From the NCBI GenBank assembly GCA_048270185.1, contig JBLWTJ010000001.1:1536001-1600000 (forward strand): 64,000 nt of DNA. The letters run 5' to 3'. Below the pieces are notes generated by a model. It worked only from the letters and a program-made list of their open reading frames with translations. It was not told where the DNA came from and made no database searches. Every line of letters starts with the position of its first letter. Position 1 is the stretch's first letter. Positions 30,688 to 40,905 of the stretch are shown piece after piece. The translations under genes were made by a program, and so were the position numbers. The stretch is from Bacteriovoracaceae bacterium (GTDB taxonomy: Bacteria > Bdellovibrionota > Bacteriovoracia > Bacteriovoracales > Bacteriovoracaceae).

Positions 30688-32886
30688 ATGGATTGGATCA
30701 ATAGCTTAAATGAATTAGAAGTTAATGGTAATGAGATCATGTCATTTTTTGACTATTATGAGCTCTTTAAAAAGCATCCTGAAAGGGAGCTTCGACCGAC
30801 TTCAGCTTATCTCCAAGACATGGTTAATCACTTTGGCCGTGACGAAGAAGGTCACTTAAGCGTTTTTGGTAAAGATGATCAAGATGCTCCAGCAGTTTTT
30901 GGCCAACACAAGATTCAAGAAAAGATTATTGAACAACTTAGAAACTTTGCAGAAGAAGGCTTCAATAATAAATTTATTCTCCTAGTTGGTCCAAATGGCT
31001 CTTCAAAGAGTTCACTTGTAAAGAGACTAATGAAAGGGGCAGAAGATTATTCTAAGACAGATGAAGGTGCTCTTTATTCTTTTAGCTGGATCTTTCCAAT
31101 CAATACTGTTGTTAAAGGAACACTAGGTCTTAATCAAACACAGTCAGGAGTTAATATTAACTCTTATGCTGAATTAGAAGATAAGGATATCTCGGCCATC
31201 CTTACTTCAGATCTTAAAGACCATCCACTTCTTCTAATTCCAAAAGAAGCGAGAAAGGATATTATTCAATCGGCCTATCATGACCGACCAGAAAAACTTG
31301 AAGAAATTGAAAAGTCATACTTAGTTCGCGGGGATCTCTCAAAGAGAAACCGCATGATCTACGATGCACTATTAAAAAATTATAAAGGTAAGCACGAAGA
31401 AGTTCTTAAGCATATTCGTGTTGAGCGCTATACAATCTCACGTCGCTATTCAAGAAGTGCCGTAACAATTGAGCCACAATTACATGTTGATGCAAAAATG
31501 CAACAGATCACAATGGATCAGCGCCTGGCCTCTCTTCCACCGTCTCTACAATCTCTAAATTTATTTCAGATGTCAGGAGAGACGATTCACGCCAATCGTG
31601 GAATCCTTGAATACTCAGATCTTTTAAAAAGGCCTCTTGATACATTCAAGTACCTTCTTATGACAATGGAGTCGGGATCAATTAATCTAGGCGGCATTCT
31701 AACAGAGCTAGATATTTTCTTTATTGGAACATCAAATGAAGTTCATCTGACGGCTTTCAAACAACACCCAGACTTTAATTCATTTAAAGGGCGCTTTACA
31801 TTTATTCGCGTCCCATACCTACTCGACTATCGAAATGAAATGCATATCTACCAAAGACAGATTGATAGTATTAAAGATCGCACTCGTTTCGAACCAGGGG
31901 CACTCGAGGCCATTGGAAAATTCTCTGTCATGACAAGAATTCGCTCATGTATGAGTAAGCACTACGAGAAGGAACCGAAGCTTTCTTCAATTGTGACAAC
32001 TCTTAATCCACTTGAGAAATGCTATCTCTACTCAAAGGATCGTGCAATTCCAGCGCGCCTTGATGTGGAACAATCGCAGTTACTTAAGCATAATATTGGT
32101 AAGGTTGAATCTGAGTTTGAATTTGATAATCTCTATGAAGGTAAATTTGGTATCTCACCAAGAGATATTAAGAATATGATCTATCGCCTTGCTGATATGA
32201 ACAAAGATATTACATTCATTGAAGTATTAGAATATTTCAAAAGAATCATTAATAAGAAATCAGAATATGATTTTTTAAATATGTCGGCTCATGGTGATTA
32301 CCATAACCCACAAAAATTCATCGAGCTTATCAACGAAGACAGTCTTGATACTTTTGATAAGCAGCTTAGAGGATGTCTAGGACTTGTCGATGATCGCTCT
32401 TATGAAGATTATCTACAAAAGTATATTCAACATATCAATGCTCTTATTAAGGGTGAAAAGATTAAGAATGAAGTGACTGGAAAGTATGAAGAAAGTGATC
32501 AATACTTCATTAAAGAGTTTGAAAGTAATATCAATCTAAAAGAAGATGCTACTAACTTCCGCTCTCATTTAATCTCTAAGCTTGGTGCTTGGTATCTCGA
32601 TAACCGTGGTGAGAAAGTTGATTATGTAAAGATCTTCCCTGAAGTTGTTGATCGTCTAAAAGAATCTTTTAGAAAAGAACAAGAGAAAGTAATTCACAAT
32701 ATATCAAAGAATCTTGTTTTCTTTGAATCTGAAGTTTCAGGAAAAGAGATTAAAGGTCATATCCCTTTAAAAGAAGATATTAAGAAAGAGATTCAACAAG
32801 TAATTGAAAATCTTAAATCAACATATGGTTATTCACAGAACGGATCATTTGCGCTAATAAAGTACCTAATTAAAGAAAGATATTAG
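30688..32886 (+). CDS. prkA: PrkA/YeaG-family AAA+ serine protein kinase
   Basis: LVGPNGSSKS, ANRGILEYSDLLKRP, RVPYLL, GISPR. Confidence 0.85.
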   Translation: MDWINSLNELEVNGNEIMSFFDYYELFKKHPERELRPTSAYLQDMVNHFGRDEEGHLSVFGKDDQDAPAVFGQHKIQEKIIEQLRNFAEEGFNNKFILLVGPNGSSKSSLVKRLMKGAEDYSKTDEGALYSFSWIFPINTVVKGTLGLNQTQSGVNINSYAELEDKDISAILTSDLKDHPLLLIPKEARKDIIQSAYHDRPEKLEEIEKSYLVRGDLSKRNRMIYDALLKNYKGKHEEVLKHIRVERYTISRRYSRSAVTIEPQLHVDAKMQQITMDQRLASLPPSLQSLNLFQMSGETIHANRGILEYSDLLKRPLDTFKYLLMTMESGSINLGGILTELDIFFIGTSNEVHLTAFKQHPDFNSFKGRFTFIRVPYLLDYRNEMHIYQRQIDSIKDRTRFEPGALEAIGKFSVMTRIRSCMSKHYEKEPKLSSIVTTLNPLEKCYLYSKDRAIPARLDVEQSQLLKHNIGKVESEFEFDNLYEGKFGISPRDIKNMIYRLADMNKDITFIEVLEYFKRIINKKSEYDFLNMSAHGDYHNPQKFIELINEDSLDTFDKQLRGCLGLVDDRSYEDYLQKYIQHINALIKGEKIKNEVTGKYEESDQYFIKEFESNINLKEDATNFRSHLISKLGAWYLDNRGEKVDYVKIFPEVVDRLKESFRKEQEKVIHNISKNLVFFESEVSGKEIKGHIPLKEDIKKEIQQVIENLKSTYGYSQNGSFALIKYLIKERY

Positions 32887-32898
32887 TACTTTATTTTT

Positions 32899-33984
32899 AT
32901 GGCCATATTAAATAAGAAATTTACGACTCAAGTCTATGAAGTCACATACTATGTTGAGGAAACTCAGCAGGGTATGCGACTTGATCAATTTCTCCAAGTC
33001 TATCTTGAGACGTGGTCGCGCCAAGAAGTAAAAAAACGTATCAAGTCAGGTGATGTGCAAATTATTGGACGTCCAGGTAAGCATCGTCCTTCCACAACTC
33101 TCCACTACAAAGAAAAAGTCTTCTTTCGAATTGAGCGCACGACTCAAGAAGATGAATACTGGCGCGGTGAACTTATCGAACTCGATGAGAGGCCTGAAAT
33201 TATATTTGAAGACAATGAGCTTATCGTGATGAATAAGCCTCCCTATATGGCCTGCCACCCGACTGGCCGCCACCTCTTCTACTGTGCCACCGTCATGTTT
33301 GAAGAAAAGTATCAAAAGACCATTCACTCGATTCACAGACTCGATCGTGAAACATCGGGTGTCATGATGCTTGGAAAAGAGCCTCAAATTGCCAATCTCA
33401 TGGGAGAGGAATTCATTCATGACCGTGTGAAGAAATGCTACTTCTTCATTGCTCGTGCTAATGAAGACTATCAGGGGCAAACTGAGTTCTTTTCAAATGA
33501 AAGACTTGGTGCAAGTGAGGAAGGATTAAAGAGAGTCTATATTGATTCGCATCCATATGATTCCCACGATGGAAAGCATGCTCACACTGATTTTAAGATT
33601 CTCTTCCAAGAAGGTGACTATGTTCTGGGTCTGGCATTTCCACAAACAGGCCGTCAGCACCAGATTCGAGTTCACGCCATGCTACGAGGCCTACCTCTCT
33701 TAGGAGACAAACTCTATCTTGGCTCATTTGAAATGTTTCAGCGCTTTAAAGACAATCTTGCAAGCCCTGAAGAGTATGATGAGATGGAGCATAACCGTCA
33801 CTGTCTACATGCCATCGGACTCAAACTTCATTATAAGGGCGAAGATCGAATGTATATATCTTCTCTTCCAAAAGATTTCATCCCACTTCTTAAAGAACGT
33901 TTTAAGACACCAGTTGATGAAATTGAAGCTACGGTAAAGTCCGCTGCTAGAGATTATTTCTCAGGTAGTTTAGAACCCCGCTAG
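32899..33984 (+). CDS. RluA-family pseudouridine synthase with an S4 domain
   Basis: RLDQFL, NKPP, HRLDRETSG, TGRQHQIRVH, LGDKLY. Confidence 0.93.
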   Translation: MAILNKKFTTQVYEVTYYVEETQQGMRLDQFLQVYLETWSRQEVKKRIKSGDVQIIGRPGKHRPSTTLHYKEKVFFRIERTTQEDEYWRGELIELDERPEIIFEDNELIVMNKPPYMACHPTGRHLFYCATVMFEEKYQKTIHSIHRLDRETSGVMMLGKEPQIANLMGEEFIHDRVKKCYFFIARANEDYQGQTEFFSNERLGASEEGLKRVYIDSHPYDSHDGKHAHTDFKILFQEGDYVLGLAFPQTGRQHQIRVHAMLRGLPLLGDKLYLGSFEMFQRFKDNLASPEEYDEMEHNRHCLHAIGLKLHYKGEDRMYISSLPKDFIPLLKERFKTPVDEIEATVKSAARDYFSGSLEPR

Positions 33985-34681
33985 GCCCTTTATTTTCTTT
34001 ACCTCGTAAGATCACAGTTGGCCTAATATCAAGCTTATCTTCAACATCTTCGATATTACTCACACCAATAGAAGTCGCAACTTGATCAAACATTGATTGG
34101 TCATTTAGGTTGTCACCAAAGTAGATGGCATCTTTCTTCATATCGAGATCTGGAAAGAAAGTCTTAAACATGGCCTTAGCCGCATTTGCTTTTGAAAGAT
34201 TATCACACCAGAAATTTAAGTGAACATTTGAAGTTGAGTAATTAATTTGATGAGCATCCATCAGTTCACATAATTCTTTTCTAAAAGCTTCATCTTCAAG
34301 ATCACATAACTCGATAGCACGATCGGTAACGCGCCCAATGGAATCACTTGATAAGTATAGCTTTGGGTATGTTTTCTGAAGAAGAGTACAGAATTGTTCA
34401 AGGCGTGCAATCTCACTCTCGGCCAACATGAATTGATTTTGAATAAGCCCTTGTTCATCCTTATAACTAATGGCCCCTCCACCTTCTGAGATCACGATAG
34501 GAAGGCTTGAGAAGTGCGTAATAAAGAAATGTGCCCATGAGATACTACGGCCTGTGATAATAACAAATGGAAGCTTCTTCTCTTGGGAAATTTTTAGAAC
34601 CTCAAAGAACTCAGAAGTCATTTCTGTGTGATGAGTAAGTGTTCCGTCAAAGTCAGAGAGAATAATTTTTGGTGTTGTCAT
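33947..34681 (-). CDS. HAD-IIB family hydrolase
   Basis: SDFDGTL, ITGR, SEGG, GDNLND. Confidence 0.9.
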   Translation of the reverse strand: MTTPKIILSDFDGTLTHHTEMTSEFFEVLKISQEKKLPFVIITGRSISWAHFFITHFSSLPIVISEGGGAISYKDEQGLIQNQFMLAESEIARLEQFCTLLQKTYPKLYLSSDSIGRVTDRAIELCDLEDEAFRKELCELMDAHQINYSTSNVHLNFWCDNLSKANAAKAMFKTFFPDLDMKKDAIYFGDNLNDQSMFDQVATSIGVSNIEDVEDKLDIRPTVILRGKENKGPSGVLNYLRNNL

Positions 34682-34692
34682 GACATGGCCTT

Positions 34693-34724
34693 AAAAAAAA
34701 GGGCAGACTTTGAGCCTACCCTTT
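34693..34724 (-). terminator. Terminator after the beta-barrel gene
   Basis: AGGGTAGGC...GTCTGCCCT hairpin followed by T8 on the minus strand. Confidence 0.55.
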
Positions 34725-34747
34725 CTTATGTATAAATTTTAATTTTC

Positions 34748-35350
34748 TTATAGTGGAAAAGATACACCAGCAAGAAAAGCTGTGAATGAATCTTTAAGTC
34801 CAACTTGAACTTCCATTGTTCCGTTAAGGTGTTTGAAACCATCGATTGGAAGTTGTCCGTTGATACCAGTGTTTAAACTAATTGTTGTTTCATAAGTTTG
34901 AGTATCACCGTTAAGAGCAAGTCCAACTGGAAGTGAAGCATATGGATAAGCTTCTTTCCCCCAGAAAGAAAAACCTTTTGTGATTGTTGGTGCTGCAGAA
35001 ATTTTCGTAACACCTTGATCAAATTCAGTTGAACGCTCAAGAATCCCTTTTACAGAGACACGTGGCTGTTGCATATAGTCTGGGTAAAGCTCATAGTCGG
35101 CACCGACAAATAATCTTTGTGAACGGTCTCCACCAGAGATTCCAATCCCACCATCAACAATAAGTTTTTGGTCGATTTTTTGAGTATAACGAACTTGCAT
35201 TCCCATCCCACCAGCATCTGATGTGATTCCAGTAAGTTCTGTAGCAATTTGCTTATTTCCGCTTAGCATTGGCATCGTTGATTGACCGATTCCGTAAGCG
35301 AAGATTGACGCTTGTGATAGCACCATTAATGATAGAAATACCTTTTTCAT
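34748..35350 (-). CDS. Small outer-membrane beta-barrel protein
   Basis: Signal peptide, amphipathic strands, C-terminal GVSFPL. Confidence 0.7.
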   Translation of the reverse strand: MKKVFLSLMVLSQASIFAYGIGQSTMPMLSGNKQIATELTGITSDAGGMGMQVRYTQKIDQKLIVDGGIGISGGDRSQRLFVGADYELYPDYMQQPRVSVKGILERSTEFDQGVTKISAAPTITKGFSFWGKEAYPYASLPVGLALNGDTQTYETTISLNTGINGQLPIDGFKHLNGTMEVQVGLKDSFTAFLAGVSFPL

Positions 35351-35510
35351 ATATCCTTCCTAGTTTTTAGATAACTTCACTAATCATTTTAATGCCTTGG
35401 GGCAATTTAATGCAAGGAATTCCTAAGACACTTCGCACAATCCTTACACAGGGTGAAATTCTTGTTGACTCATAACCCCTAAGCATTTATAAATAATTCC
35501 ACATTCTTAT

Positions 35511-35587
35511 GGTGACCGTAGTTCAGTTGGTAGAGCGCCAGATTGTGATTCTGGTTGTCGTGGGTTCGAGCCCCATCGGTCACCCCA
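35511..35587 (+). tRNA. tRNA-His(GTG)
   Basis: Cloverleaf with G-1, GTGACCG/CGGTCAC acceptor stem, anticodon GTG, GTTCGAG T-loop, C73 and encoded CCA. Confidence 0.97.
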
Positions 35588-35589
35588 TT

Positions 35590-35628
35590 AAAAAAAGCCC
35601 CCGTATTCATACGGGGGCTTTTTTTATT
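35590..35628 (+). terminator. Intrinsic terminator after tRNA-His
   Basis: AAAAAAAGCCCCCGTAT-tc-ATACGGGGGCTTTTTTT. Confidence 0.9.
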
Positions 35629-35640
35629 TGTGGTTATAGA

Positions 35641-35729
35641 TTGGGTTTTGTAGCCATGACAAAGTCGTGGGTGGCCCTCACGATGAGGGTCCCCCGCGAG
35701 GCCACGATGGCCGTAAAGCGGGGTCACCA
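35641..35729. repeat. GC-rich tRNA-linked multi-hairpin element
   Basis: Degenerate inverted copy of the tRNA T-arm region, GTCGTGGGT direct copy, two stems with CACGATG cores. Confidence 0.55.
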
Positions 35730-35821
35730 ACTCTGCACATCCACCACACATTCAAACTAGCACTACCCCATATTTATATGCTAAAACCCCTCAACCTCAT
35801 TAACCACACCGGACAAGCTTT

Positions 35822-36952
35822 ATGAAAGAATGGATGGCAACAAGCCCACATGAAACAATTGATATTCTCGAGCAAGAGCTTCTATCTCTTGGAATTACTG
35901 ATCTTGATAAGCAACATCGTGCCATTCTTTTTAACTGTGACATAGAGACTGCATATAAGGCCCACTATCTTCTGCGTACTGCAAGTAGACTTCAACGAGT
36001 CATTTGTAAGTTTGACTTTAGTGACATGAAAGATCTCATTAAGAAATTAGAGAGCATCCATTGGCCAGATCATCTTCGTCATCACAAAGGCTTTGCCGTA
36101 AGACCTGTCCTATCAGATGAAGATGCAAAAGCACTTGGTGAAGATAATGTTATCCAGTCATTTGTTGATTCAATCTTAAGTGCTCCTTTTGAAAAGGGCG
36201 CTCCTAAGCATACTCAAAATGCTGACAATCCAATCACACTTATTCCATTTGTAAGAAATGGTAATTGTGTTCTTAGTGTTGATACAGCAGGTAGAGCATT
36301 ACACAAGAGAGGATGGCGTGTTAATGGCCACCCAGCAGTTCTTAAAGAAACTCTTGCTTCAACAATTTTAATGATGGCCGGATACGATGGAAATGAGACT
36401 CTTCTTGATCCGATGTGTGGTTCAGGAACTGTTGCCATTGAAGCAGCTTATATTGCTCTTAACAAGGCCCCTCTTATCCACCGTGGAAAAGATGACTTTG
36501 CACTTGAGCACTTAGCAAATTTTGATCGCTTGCTGTGGAGGAAGACAGCTGATCGTTTAAGAGGTCAGAAGAAACAAGAACTCGAACATCCTATTTTTGC
36601 TTTTGATATCAATGAAAACTTTGTTGAAGTGGCAAAGAAAGGTGCCCTTCGTGCCAGAGTTGAAAAGTATATGAACTTTGGTGTTAGCTCTTTTCTTGAA
36701 CTAGACCCGCCAGCAGAATCAGGACTTCTCATCACCAATCTTCCTTATGGTGAGAGAATTGGTAAAGAGTATCTCAACTCACTTTATACAGGTGTAGGAA
36801 AATTGTTAAAAACCAAGTATGCGAATTGGCGTATCGCTCTTTTGGTCCCAGTCAAAGCACCGATTCATCTCTTAGATATTAAGGCGAAGAAGACTTATCA
36901 TTTTAAGAATGGTGCGCTTCCGGTAAAACTTCTGATAAGAGATAAGCTGTAG
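35822..36952 (+). CDS. Second THUMP/RlmL-like RNA methyltransferase
   Basis: LRTASR, LHKRGWR, LKETLA, DPMCGSGT, NLPYGER. Confidence 0.9.
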   Translation: MKEWMATSPHETIDILEQELLSLGITDLDKQHRAILFNCDIETAYKAHYLLRTASRLQRVICKFDFSDMKDLIKKLESIHWPDHLRHHKGFAVRPVLSDEDAKALGEDNVIQSFVDSILSAPFEKGAPKHTQNADNPITLIPFVRNGNCVLSVDTAGRALHKRGWRVNGHPAVLKETLASTILMMAGYDGNETLLDPMCGSGTVAIEAAYIALNKAPLIHRGKDDFALEHLANFDRLLWRKTADRLRGQKKQELEHPIFAFDINENFVEVAKKGALRARVEKYMNFGVSSFLELDPPAESGLLITNLPYGERIGKEYLNSLYTGVGKLLKTKYANWRIALLVPVKAPIHLLDIKAKKTYHFKNGALPVKLLIRDKL

Positions 36953-37417
36953 GGTTTAATAACCCTACACCAATGGCCAGTAGTAGAATCCAAGCACCCA
37001 TGGCATAGTGATAGCGATAACTTTTTGAACTTTCATTTTTTGTTCGAATATACTTTACTTCGACAAATACCGATGACAACACCGGCTTTTGTCGGGGTCT
37101 CTTTCATTTAAGTTTTAACACTTAGGAGAATTGATCATTAAGAAAGCCTTCTTTATCTTAAATAAATTAATTTCTGAATTATTTTGAGTACTTATCGACC
37201 AAAATTCTTGGAACCCACAGAAAAAACTTACTAATCTTAAAATCATATACTTATAGCTCTAACCTATTTAAAACCTAAAAACCGAAACACTCTAAGTGTG
37301 CTATATAGAACCCTTAAGAGATTTTTACCCGCTAAACAATTGCTCAAATCTCTCTATACTTAAAACACTAGGCTCGATTTACTCGGGCCATTTTCTTTTG
37401 AAGTTTAGGAGACAGGA

Positions 37418-37795
37418 ATGAGTTTGACGGCCATCGGAATTGCTTGTGAAAATATTGAAGACTCACTCAAGTTTTACGAGTTACTTGGTTTTAACTTTGA
37501 AAAACTAGGTAAAGATCATTATGAAGCAACCACAAAACTTGGCCTTCGAATCATGCTTGATTCATATAGGCTACTTGAAGAAATTAATCCCAACTGGCAA
37601 AGGCCAGTCTCACCAGGTATTACACTTTGCTTTGAACGCGAAGAGATCGATCATGTTGACGATGTAACTGCTACACTTAAAAATAACGGATATGAAGTTA
37701 TCAAGGAACCTTGGGATGCATTCTGGGGACAACGTTATGCCTCAGTAAAAGATCCCAATGGGAACCAAGTAGATATCTTTGCCAATATTAAATAG
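37418..37795 (+). CDS. VOC/glyoxalase family protein
   Basis: SLKFYELLGF, PWDAFWGQRYA.VKDPNGN.VD. Confidence 0.9.
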   Translation: MSLTAIGIACENIEDSLKFYELLGFNFEKLGKDHYEATTKLGLRIMLDSYRLLEEINPNWQRPVSPGITLCFEREEIDHVDDVTATLKNNGYEVIKEPWDAFWGQRYASVKDPNGNQVDIFANIK

Positions 37796-37809
37796 TATGA
37801 GAATAAAAA

Positions 37810-37840
37810 AGAAAGACAAGGGAGCCACCCTTGTCTTTCC
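37810..37840. terminator. Terminator between the convergent VOC and MCP genes
   Basis: GAAAGACAAGGG-agcca-CCCTTGTCTTTC. Confidence 0.7.
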
Positions 37841-37874
37841 ATGCTTGAGGAGCTTAAAGAATTGAGAAGATTCT

Positions 37875-39551
37875 TTACGCTATATGTTTTGTTAATTTAG
37901 AATTACTTGTAGCTGGTGAGATATTCACCTTAGTATTAATTTTAACTACATTATTAGTACTTACTTTCGAATGACCTGAAATGAGAACTTCCATAGCAGA
38001 AATTGATTGATTTAAGAATTTAACCTGACCTTGTAGTTGAGCTGCGATGTCAGAAGAACTATGAGCGATCTCAGTATTTGATTTTGATAGGACATCAACA
38101 TGAGAGATGGCAGTTTGTAACTGATTGATCCCAGTTGATTGTTCTTGAGTGGCCGTTGAAATCTCATGTACCGAATGAGTTGCACCATCAACACTTGTAA
38201 CGATATCACTTAGAATATTCTCACATTCTTTTGCAATCTCAGTTCCATTTGAGACATTTGTACGTACTTCATCGACGACTTTTGAGAAACGAACTCTTGT
38301 TTCATCCATAATTGAGTTTACTTGCCCAACACTTGAAGCGAGCATCTCAGTAATTTCAACAGCAGCAGCACCACCACTCATCTGTGCAAGCTTTCCTACT
38401 TCTTCAGCAACGACAGCAAAGCCCTTTCCAGATTCTCCGGCACGAGCAGCCTCGACAGAGGCGTTAAATGATAATAACTTCGTTTGAAAAACGATATCAT
38501 TAATTACTTTCGTTTTTTCATCAATACTACTAATGAGGGATGCTATTTGTTTCATCTTCTCATCGTTGAATTCAAGTTCTTTAACAATTGTATCAATACT
38601 ATGATGAATAGAGTCCATCGATATATTCATATCAGCAACTAGACTCTTACCTTTTGTCGCTCGTTCAAGGCTTCCTCCAGCAAGATCAGATGACGTCTTT
38701 GCATTCTCAGCAGTCATTCTAACCATTGAACTAATCTCTTCAAGAGAAGCCGTCGATTCATGAATCGCTGCATCTTGTTCCTGACTGGCCTCTGCAAGTT
38801 CACGTGAAGTTTTAGAAATTGTATTTGCATTAGATGTTAGTATTGAGGAACTATTTGTCAGGCCTTCAATTGTATCTCGAAATTGATTTGATATCTTAGT
38901 GGCAAAAGTAATTCCCACAAAAAGTCCAACAGAGATTCCCCCCACCATAACAATAACAAGAAGAAAATCAATAAACTCTATCTGCTTAGCTACATCATCT
39001 GATAAAGCAATGGATTCTGTTAGCTCTGTGTTTACCTCAGTATTATAATTATTGAGTGACGTTTGAAATTTTTCAGCAGCAACAGGACAATGAACTAAGA
39101 ATATCTCTAAGAGTTCTTTTCTTGAATCTTTATCATAAATTCGACCTAGCTCTAAAGCACGAACTCCAACTCCCTTAAACTTCATCCACTCATTCTCAAG
39201 CTCTGAATAGAGCCTCTTATATTTATCTGTCTTTAAATATTGCTTAAGATCTTTAGAAGCTCTTTCATAATTTGCTACTTCTCTTTGAGCATTTTCAATA
39301 GCGAGCTCTCTTTGCGTTTTGCTCAGATTATCTAGGCCTAGGGTCCTTACTTGAATACGAATTTTTTGATAACTAACATCCATATCTCTTAAAAGAGATA
39401 TTTTAGGAATAACATTCTTCGTAACATTATCTGAGACCTTAGAGAATGTGATAAATCCGTAAAGGGCCACTCCACCAATAACTAAACTGACAGATGACAT
39501 AAATAAACACAGTGATATTAACTTTGTTTTAAAATTTAAATTGGAAAACAT
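37875..39551 (-). CDS. Methyl-accepting chemotaxis protein (4-helix-bundle sensor)
   Basis: Two TMs; IVFQTKLLSFNASVEAARAGESGKGFAVVAEEV. Confidence 0.95.
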   Translation of the reverse strand: MFSNLNFKTKLISLCLFMSSVSLVIGGVALYGFITFSKVSDNVTKNVIPKISLLRDMDVSYQKIRIQVRTLGLDNLSKTQRELAIENAQREVANYERASKDLKQYLKTDKYKRLYSELENEWMKFKGVGVRALELGRIYDKDSRKELLEIFLVHCPVAAEKFQTSLNNYNTEVNTELTESIALSDDVAKQIEFIDFLLVIVMVGGISVGLFVGITFATKISNQFRDTIEGLTNSSSILTSNANTISKTSRELAEASQEQDAAIHESTASLEEISSMVRMTAENAKTSSDLAGGSLERATKGKSLVADMNISMDSIHHSIDTIVKELEFNDEKMKQIASLISSIDEKTKVINDIVFQTKLLSFNASVEAARAGESGKGFAVVAEEVGKLAQMSGGAAAVEITEMLASSVGQVNSIMDETRVRFSKVVDEVRTNVSNGTEIAKECENILSDIVTSVDGATHSVHEISTATQEQSTGINQLQTAISHVDVLSKSNTEIAHSSSDIAAQLQGQVKFLNQSISAMEVLISGHSKVSTNNVVKINTKVNISPATSNSKLTKHIA

Positions 39552-39870
39552 ATAGAAAATCTCCGGCCTCTGACCTAGTTAACATAATTAACAATCGTGA
39601 AATTAAATTGAATTCGGCACAAGATAGGTTATTTACAGCTAATATCATTTAGCTGGCTAAGTAGCAGTATTTACTATGCCTGAAAATATTTTTTATTACG
39701 TAAGTGTCAAAGATTATTACTTGAGGATTTTCACGTAATAGTACGAACAAATATCAAAAGTAACGAAGGTAGACTGGCGAATATGCCTGCGAGGCAAGGC
39801 AGGGCCAGAGACAATTAACCTTTGAAAATAGCTCTTAATTTCGTGTTATCTATAATTTATGTACTAGTAA

Positions 39871-40800
39871 TTAAAATAGCGTATTAACAAAGCATTCATA
39901 TCTAATAGGTAATCTTTTGTTTGAAAGAGCTGTCTTTAATGAAGAAAGATTTGATTGATCAATTGTCCCCCAAATAAACTCTCTATCTCCAGCATTATCG
40001 GTTACAAATTTTCTTTGCATGGCTTTTGCAAGACCTCTCCCCTTCCACTTCTTATCAATAAAGATTTCATGGAAGTAGAGTCCAGAGTGTCCCAAGAAAG
40101 AAGAGTCTTCTGCGACGATTAAGCCGATCCTTTCACCATTAAGATCAACCTCTTGTAAAAGTCCCTGCTCAAGAGAATCACTCATGGACTCATGACTATT
40201 TACAGTGACTTTGGCTGCAAGTTGAGGCTGCTCTAAATGGAAATCTTCATAGCCCTGACGATACCATTCATAGTAACTATCATCAGTCACACGACGAAAC
40301 TTTAGTTTATCTTCAAATGGCCATGGTTTTACGGATAGAATCTGCTCAACTCGTTGAACAAGATGAACAGACCCGATCATATCAACATCCATTTCACTTG
40401 CATGGTGAAATGAAATATACATTGGACTAAACACTTCAAACTCTTCTTTAATCAATTGATAGATTGAGTGAGCATGTTCTGATGAAGCAATCCCAAAATC
40501 AGCGGTTAAATTTATAAATGGTCGATTTCGATCGCCACCCATGTGGCGAATTCCATAGATAATTCTCCCATCATCAATGGTCTTTAATCTTTCACGGTAA
40601 TCATCTTCAACAGCTCCTGTAATTTGAAAATGATTTAGACGTGCTCGCATAACCTCTATGGAGTTTAACTCTTTATATTCATCTGCTAACTCAGCGGCTA
40701 ATTCTTTAATAGCAACTTCGTTATCAACTTTAAGATTGGCCAATTCATAGCTCTGTAAACATGACTTAGCGAAGTCTTGCCATAATAATTGTGAATTCAT
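39871..40800 (-). CDS. GNAT-family acetyltransferase-like protein
   Basis: C-terminal EIFIDKKWKGRGLAKAM acetyl-CoA motif; N..S..TA. Confidence 0.75.
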   Translation of the reverse strand: MNSQLLWQDFAKSCLQSYELANLKVDNEVAIKELAAELADEYKELNSIEVMRARLNHFQITGAVEDDYRERLKTIDDGRIIYGIRHMGGDRNRPFINLTADFGIASSEHAHSIYQLIKEEFEVFSPMYISFHHASEMDVDMIGSVHLVQRVEQILSVKPWPFEDKLKFRRVTDDSYYEWYRQGYEDFHLEQPQLAAKVTVNSHESMSDSLEQGLLQEVDLNGERIGLIVAEDSSFLGHSGLYFHEIFIDKKWKGRGLAKAMQRKFVTDNAGDREFIWGTIDQSNLSSLKTALSNKRLPIRYECFVNTLF

Positions 40801-40854
40801 TTATTTACCCTCTTATTTAAAAATAAAACATAAGGGCGCTGTGGATACGTGAAT

Positions 40855-40905
40855 TTAAAAGCGATCCTTGGCGGCCCAACACTTAGTACAATTCGTCTTT
40901 TTCAT
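40855..40905 (-). CDS. Putative leader peptide MKKTNCTKCWAAKDRF
   Basis: TAGGAGG RBS 5 nt upstream; overlaps the 5' arm of a hairpin plus U-rich tract in front of the GNAT gene. Confidence 0.65.
   Translation of the reverse strand: MKKTNCTKCWAAKDRF

Noticed and set aside
35479..35760. ORFs of 90 aa (-) and 83 aa (+)
   Set aside because: They overlap tRNA-His, its terminator and the hairpin element; shadow ORFs
36960..37036. 23-aa minus-strand ORF MKVQKVIAITMPWVLGFYYWPLV as a type I toxin
   Set aside because: No RBS or antisense RNA evident; more likely a chance ORF or part of a gene remnant
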